Assembly: GCA_036482315.1 (NCBI GenBank)
Contig: JAZGIX010000173.1
Location: 1 to 36,338, forward strand
Length of the DNA stretch: 36,338 nt
Source: Acidimicrobiia bacterium
Lineage (GTDB): Bacteria; Actinomycetota; Acidimicrobiia; Spongiisociales; UBA11373
Reading direction: 5' to 3'
In this document: positions 33,823 through 36,338 of the stretch, piece by piece
How positions within the stretch are numbered: the stretch's first letter is position 1
Layout: every line of letters begins with the position of its first letter
Position numbers and translations under genes: made by a program
Notes under the pieces: model-generated
The model's input: the letters and a program-made list of their open reading frames with translations, nothing else
Databases searched by the model: none
What the model was told of the DNA's origin: nothing

Positions 33823-35145
33823 ATGAGAGAGGCCCTTCGGCTCCGGTCGCGCCACGACCGTGCAGTGGCCGCACTCGCGATTCCGGCACTTGGATCACTG
33901 GTGGCCGATCCCTTGCTCAGTTTGATCGATACCGCCTTTGTGGGGCGTCTCGGATCCGACTCGCTGGCCGGCCTGGGCATCGCGGCCGCACTCTTCGGTG
34001 TGGCGTTCTTTGTGTTCAACTTCCTGGAGTACGGAACCACCACCGAAGTTGCACGCTCGGTCGGAGCGGGGAATAGGGCTGCAGCAGGTCGGGCGACCAT
34101 CACGGCGGGCGCACTGGCGGTCTTGGCAGGCATGGCGGTGGCCGCTCTGTTGCTGTTCCTGGCCGGGCCGGCAGTGGGCGCCCTCGGGGCAGCGGGTCTC
34201 GTCAAGGCCGAAGCGGTGACATACGTCATGATCAGAGCACTGGCTGCCCCAGCAGTGCTGGTGGTGCGTGCCGCACATGGCGCATACCGGGGCCATCAGG
34301 ACACTCGCACGCCATTCATGGTGGCGCTGGGCATCAGCGGCCTAAATCTGGTGCTGGACCCACTGTTGATCTTCGGCGCCGGCATGGGTGTTGCCGGCGC
34401 AGCCTGGGCGACGGTGATTGCTCAATGGTTGGGGGCGATCGTGTTCGTTGGACTGCTGCGGAAAGGGAAGGCTGCCTACGGGCTCGATGGAGCGAAGCCG
34501 GTCGTGGCTGAAGTCCGTGCCTTTCTACGAATCGGGCGGGATCTGGCGATTAGGACCGGATCGCTGTTGGCTGCATTCACTGCGGCGACCGCCGTGGCGG
34601 CCAGGGTCTCCGACGATGCGGTGGCTGCACATCAGATCCTGTCTCAGCTGTTCATCTTCCTGGCGCTCACCGTGGATGCCCTGGCCATCGCGGCACAGGC
34701 CCTGGTGGGCAAGTACCGCGGGTCCGGAGATGGAGCAGCCGTCCTCGAGATATCAGATCGGCTGCTGGTGCTCGGCGGCGGTGTAGGGCTGATGCTGGCT
34801 GGAGGCCTGTGGCTCCTGGCCCCGGTGATCGGTTCGTGGTTCACCGGGGACGCCGGTGTGCTTCTTGAATTCGACCAAGCCTTCTGGTTGGTGGTGATGA
34901 TTCAGCCTCTGGCTGCGCTGGTGTTTGTGTGGGATGGAGTCTTCATCGGGGCCGGCGACTTCACCTTCCTCGCCGGGGCCATGGCAGCTTCAGCTCTGGT
35001 GTCGGGCACGGTGCTGGTTCTGGTGATTCCGTTCGGATGGGGCTTGGTAGGCGTGTGGTGGGGCATCGTCGTTCTGCTGTCGGCCCGGTTGGTCACCCTG
35101 GCATGGCGCCGGGTGGCAGCTCGGTCTCCTCTGCGTTTGGCGTGA
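33823..35145 (+). CDS. MATE-family efflux transporter (DinF-like)
   Basis: The ATG comes directly after the nth stop. The 440-aa protein has about 12 TM helices, and its N-terminus AIPALGSLVADPLLSLIDTAFVGRLGSDSLAGLGIA is typical of MatE repeats. A second repeat begins near FLRIGRDLAIRTGSL. Confidence 0.8.
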   Translation: MREALRLRSRHDRAVAALAIPALGSLVADPLLSLIDTAFVGRLGSDSLAGLGIAAALFGVAFFVFNFLEYGTTTEVARSVGAGNRAAAGRATITAGALAVLAGMAVAALLLFLAGPAVGALGAAGLVKAEAVTYVMIRALAAPAVLVVRAAHGAYRGHQDTRTPFMVALGISGLNLVLDPLLIFGAGMGVAGAAWATVIAQWLGAIVFVGLLRKGKAAYGLDGAKPVVAEVRAFLRIGRDLAIRTGSLLAAFTAATAVAARVSDDAVAAHQILSQLFIFLALTVDALAIAAQALVGKYRGSGDGAAVLEISDRLLVLGGGVGLMLAGGLWLLAPVIGSWFTGDAGVLLEFDQAFWLVVMIQPLAALVFVWDGVFIGAGDFTFLAGAMAASALVSGTVLVLVIPFGWGLVGVWWGIVVLLSARLVTLAWRRVAARSPLRLA

Positions 35146-36338
35146 GGTGAAGGCCCTTCGTCTCGGGCAGTAGCCGGATCAGCAACGAAGCCACCAACAA
35201 CAGGCCTCCCAGGGTCGCGATCGTCGTCGGGACTCCCCAGGCCTCCACCACGAATCGGCCAGCGGCGAATCCGACGAGTCCGCCGAAGATGCTGGCGTTG
35301 ACGATCCACGCGGCTGCAGTGGATCGGATCGCGGTCGGAAACAATTCGGATCGATGTGAGCCGAACGCGGGCCCGAAGGCGAATGCTCCTAGGGTCGAGA
35401 CGAAGATTCCCAGGCCCATCAGCCAACCGGCCTCTAAGAAGTAGAAGGCGACCCCGCCGGCCACCCCGACGAAGATGCTTACGGCCTCGGTGGGTTTGCG
35501 GCCCGCAATGTCCGATAGCCGCCCGCCTGCAAGAACGCCGATGGCGACACCCGGGGCGCTGGACAGCGCCAGCAGGAGCGACGCCGTCGCCGCCGACCAA
35601 CCGAGATCGCTCTCGAGCCGGACCAGGGCAAGGTTGGCGGCTGGAGCCGTGAAGGCTGAGATCGAGAATGCCAGCCCGGCCATCGGCCAGAATCGCCGCC
35701 CATGGGGTGCTCGCAGCACCGCACCGATGCTGGGCCTGACGGTGCGCTGGACGTAGGCTCTCGACTCCCCGATCCTCATCGCAAGGAACGGCGCGGCCAA
35801 CAGAGGGAGGGCGCTCAGGGCGAAGATCAGCCTCCAGTTGTCGGCTCCGGTTGCCGCGATGGGACGCAGCAGAAGTCCCAGGCCCGTGCCCATCGAGCCG
35901 AACATCGCATAGATACCGATCGAATAGGAGCGAATCTCCGGCTTGATCTCCTCCGCCAGCACCACGATTGCCAGCGACCCCAAAGCGATCGTCCCGATTC
36001 TCGCCAAGCTCTGGAGTCCGATGAATGCAACCGGATCCACGAACAGTGCTGTGGCGAGATTCCCCAGTGGGAGCAGGATGAAGGCGATCAGTAGTGGTCG
36101 TCTTCGCCCCCGGTGGTCGCCGTACCAAGAAAGGGCCAACGCCAGCAGGGAGACGGCGCGCACCGTCGCCAGAACATCGAACACGCGCGCATCGCTCCAC
36201 CCGAAGGCATCCTGGGCGAACGGCAGCGCATGAGTGATGGCCGCACCGCTCCAGCCCTGGGTGAGCGCGATGATGGCGAAGAGACCGAGGATGACCAACT
36301 CGCGGCGCGAGATCGGTTCCGGCGGGCTGAGGGTTCTT
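35093..36338 (-). CDS. MFS transporter; the 5' end probably lies beyond the right edge
   Basis: ORF 35093..36298(-) starts at a TTG, but the frame stays open to the window edge (...SPPEPISRRE-LVILGLFAIIAL). It is polytopic, with the MFS loop motif GDHRGRRRPL between TM2 and TM3, GGRLSDIAGRK in the second half and a C-terminal LPETKG. Confidence 0.8.
   Translation of the reverse strand, partial: RTLSPPEPISRRELVILGLFAIIALTQGWSGAAITHALPFAQDAFGWSDARVFDVLATVRAVSLLALALSWYGDHRGRRRPLLIAFILLPLGNLATALFVDPVAFIGLQSLARIGTIALGSLAIVVLAEEIKPEIRSYSIGIYAMFGSMGTGLGLLLRPIAATGADNWRLIFALSALPLLAAPFLAMRIGESRAYVQRTVRPSIGAVLRAPHGRRFWPMAGLAFSISAFTAPAANLALVRLESDLGWSAATASLLLALSSAPGVAIGVLAGGRLSDIAGRKPTEAVSIFVGVAGGVAFYFLEAGWLMGLGIFVSTLGAFAFGPAFGSHRSELFPTAIRSTAAAWIVNASIFGGLVGFAAGRFVVEAWGVPTTIATLGGLLLVASLLIRLLPETKGLHLTPNAEETELPPGAMPG

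Noticed and set aside
34902-36200. 432-aa minus-strand ORF overlapping the MFS gene
   Set aside because: It is an alternative frame of the same strand as the MFS transporter. The product is Arg/Gly/Pro-rich with no TM pattern, whereas the 35093..36298 frame gives a clean polytopic MFS sequence.

Overview
This is a visibly GC-rich, densely coding bacterial chromosomal window. About half of it (1.4-18.9 kb, + strand) is a complete division/cell-wall (dcw) cluster: mraZ-rsmH-ftsL-ftsI-murE-murF-mraY-murD-ftsW-murG-murC-murB-ftsQ-ftsZ, followed by pgeF(yfiH)-yggS-sepF-yggT. Most gene junctions are 1-, 4- or 8-nt start/stop overlaps (ATGA, GTGA, TGATG), which suggests translational coupling. Four things point to an Actinomycetota-type genome, possibly Acidimicrobiia-like, though this is inference only: there is no ftsA, SepF is present, IleRS is the long eukaryote-like type with a T-box leader, and a TraR/DksA-lspA-rluD-dnaE block follows. 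Downstream lie ileS (- strand) with its T-box, yggU (DUF167), a TraR/DksA zinc-finger gene, lspA, rluD and dnaE. After those come a small orphan ORF, a 555-aa double-domain ThyX-like gene (-), three small membrane-protein genes, xpt (-), nth, a MATE exporter and a partial MFS transporter (-). The left edge carries a partial Usp-like gene and a YciK-like SDR. I found no rRNA, tRNA, CRISPR array, transposase, integrase or obvious defence/toxin system, so most of the window is ordinary core genome. The non-standard signals are all non-coding or architectural. (1) Intergenic hairpins built from phased heptanucleotide repeats occur at 1212-1340, 18913-19022 and 22753-22819. The latter two share CCCGA/TCGGG cores and bracket the inverted ileS unit. 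(2) A phased GTGG(G) array upstream of mraZ looks like an MraZ operator. (3) A perfect 17+2+17 palindrome fills the 67-bp xpt/nth divergent spacer. (4) The ThyX-like protein is a fused pseudo-dimer with complementary motif loss. (5) DivIVA is absent from its canonical locus, and the yggT-yggU pair is split by ileS. All calls rest on reading the sequence and the ORF translations by eye; no searches were run.
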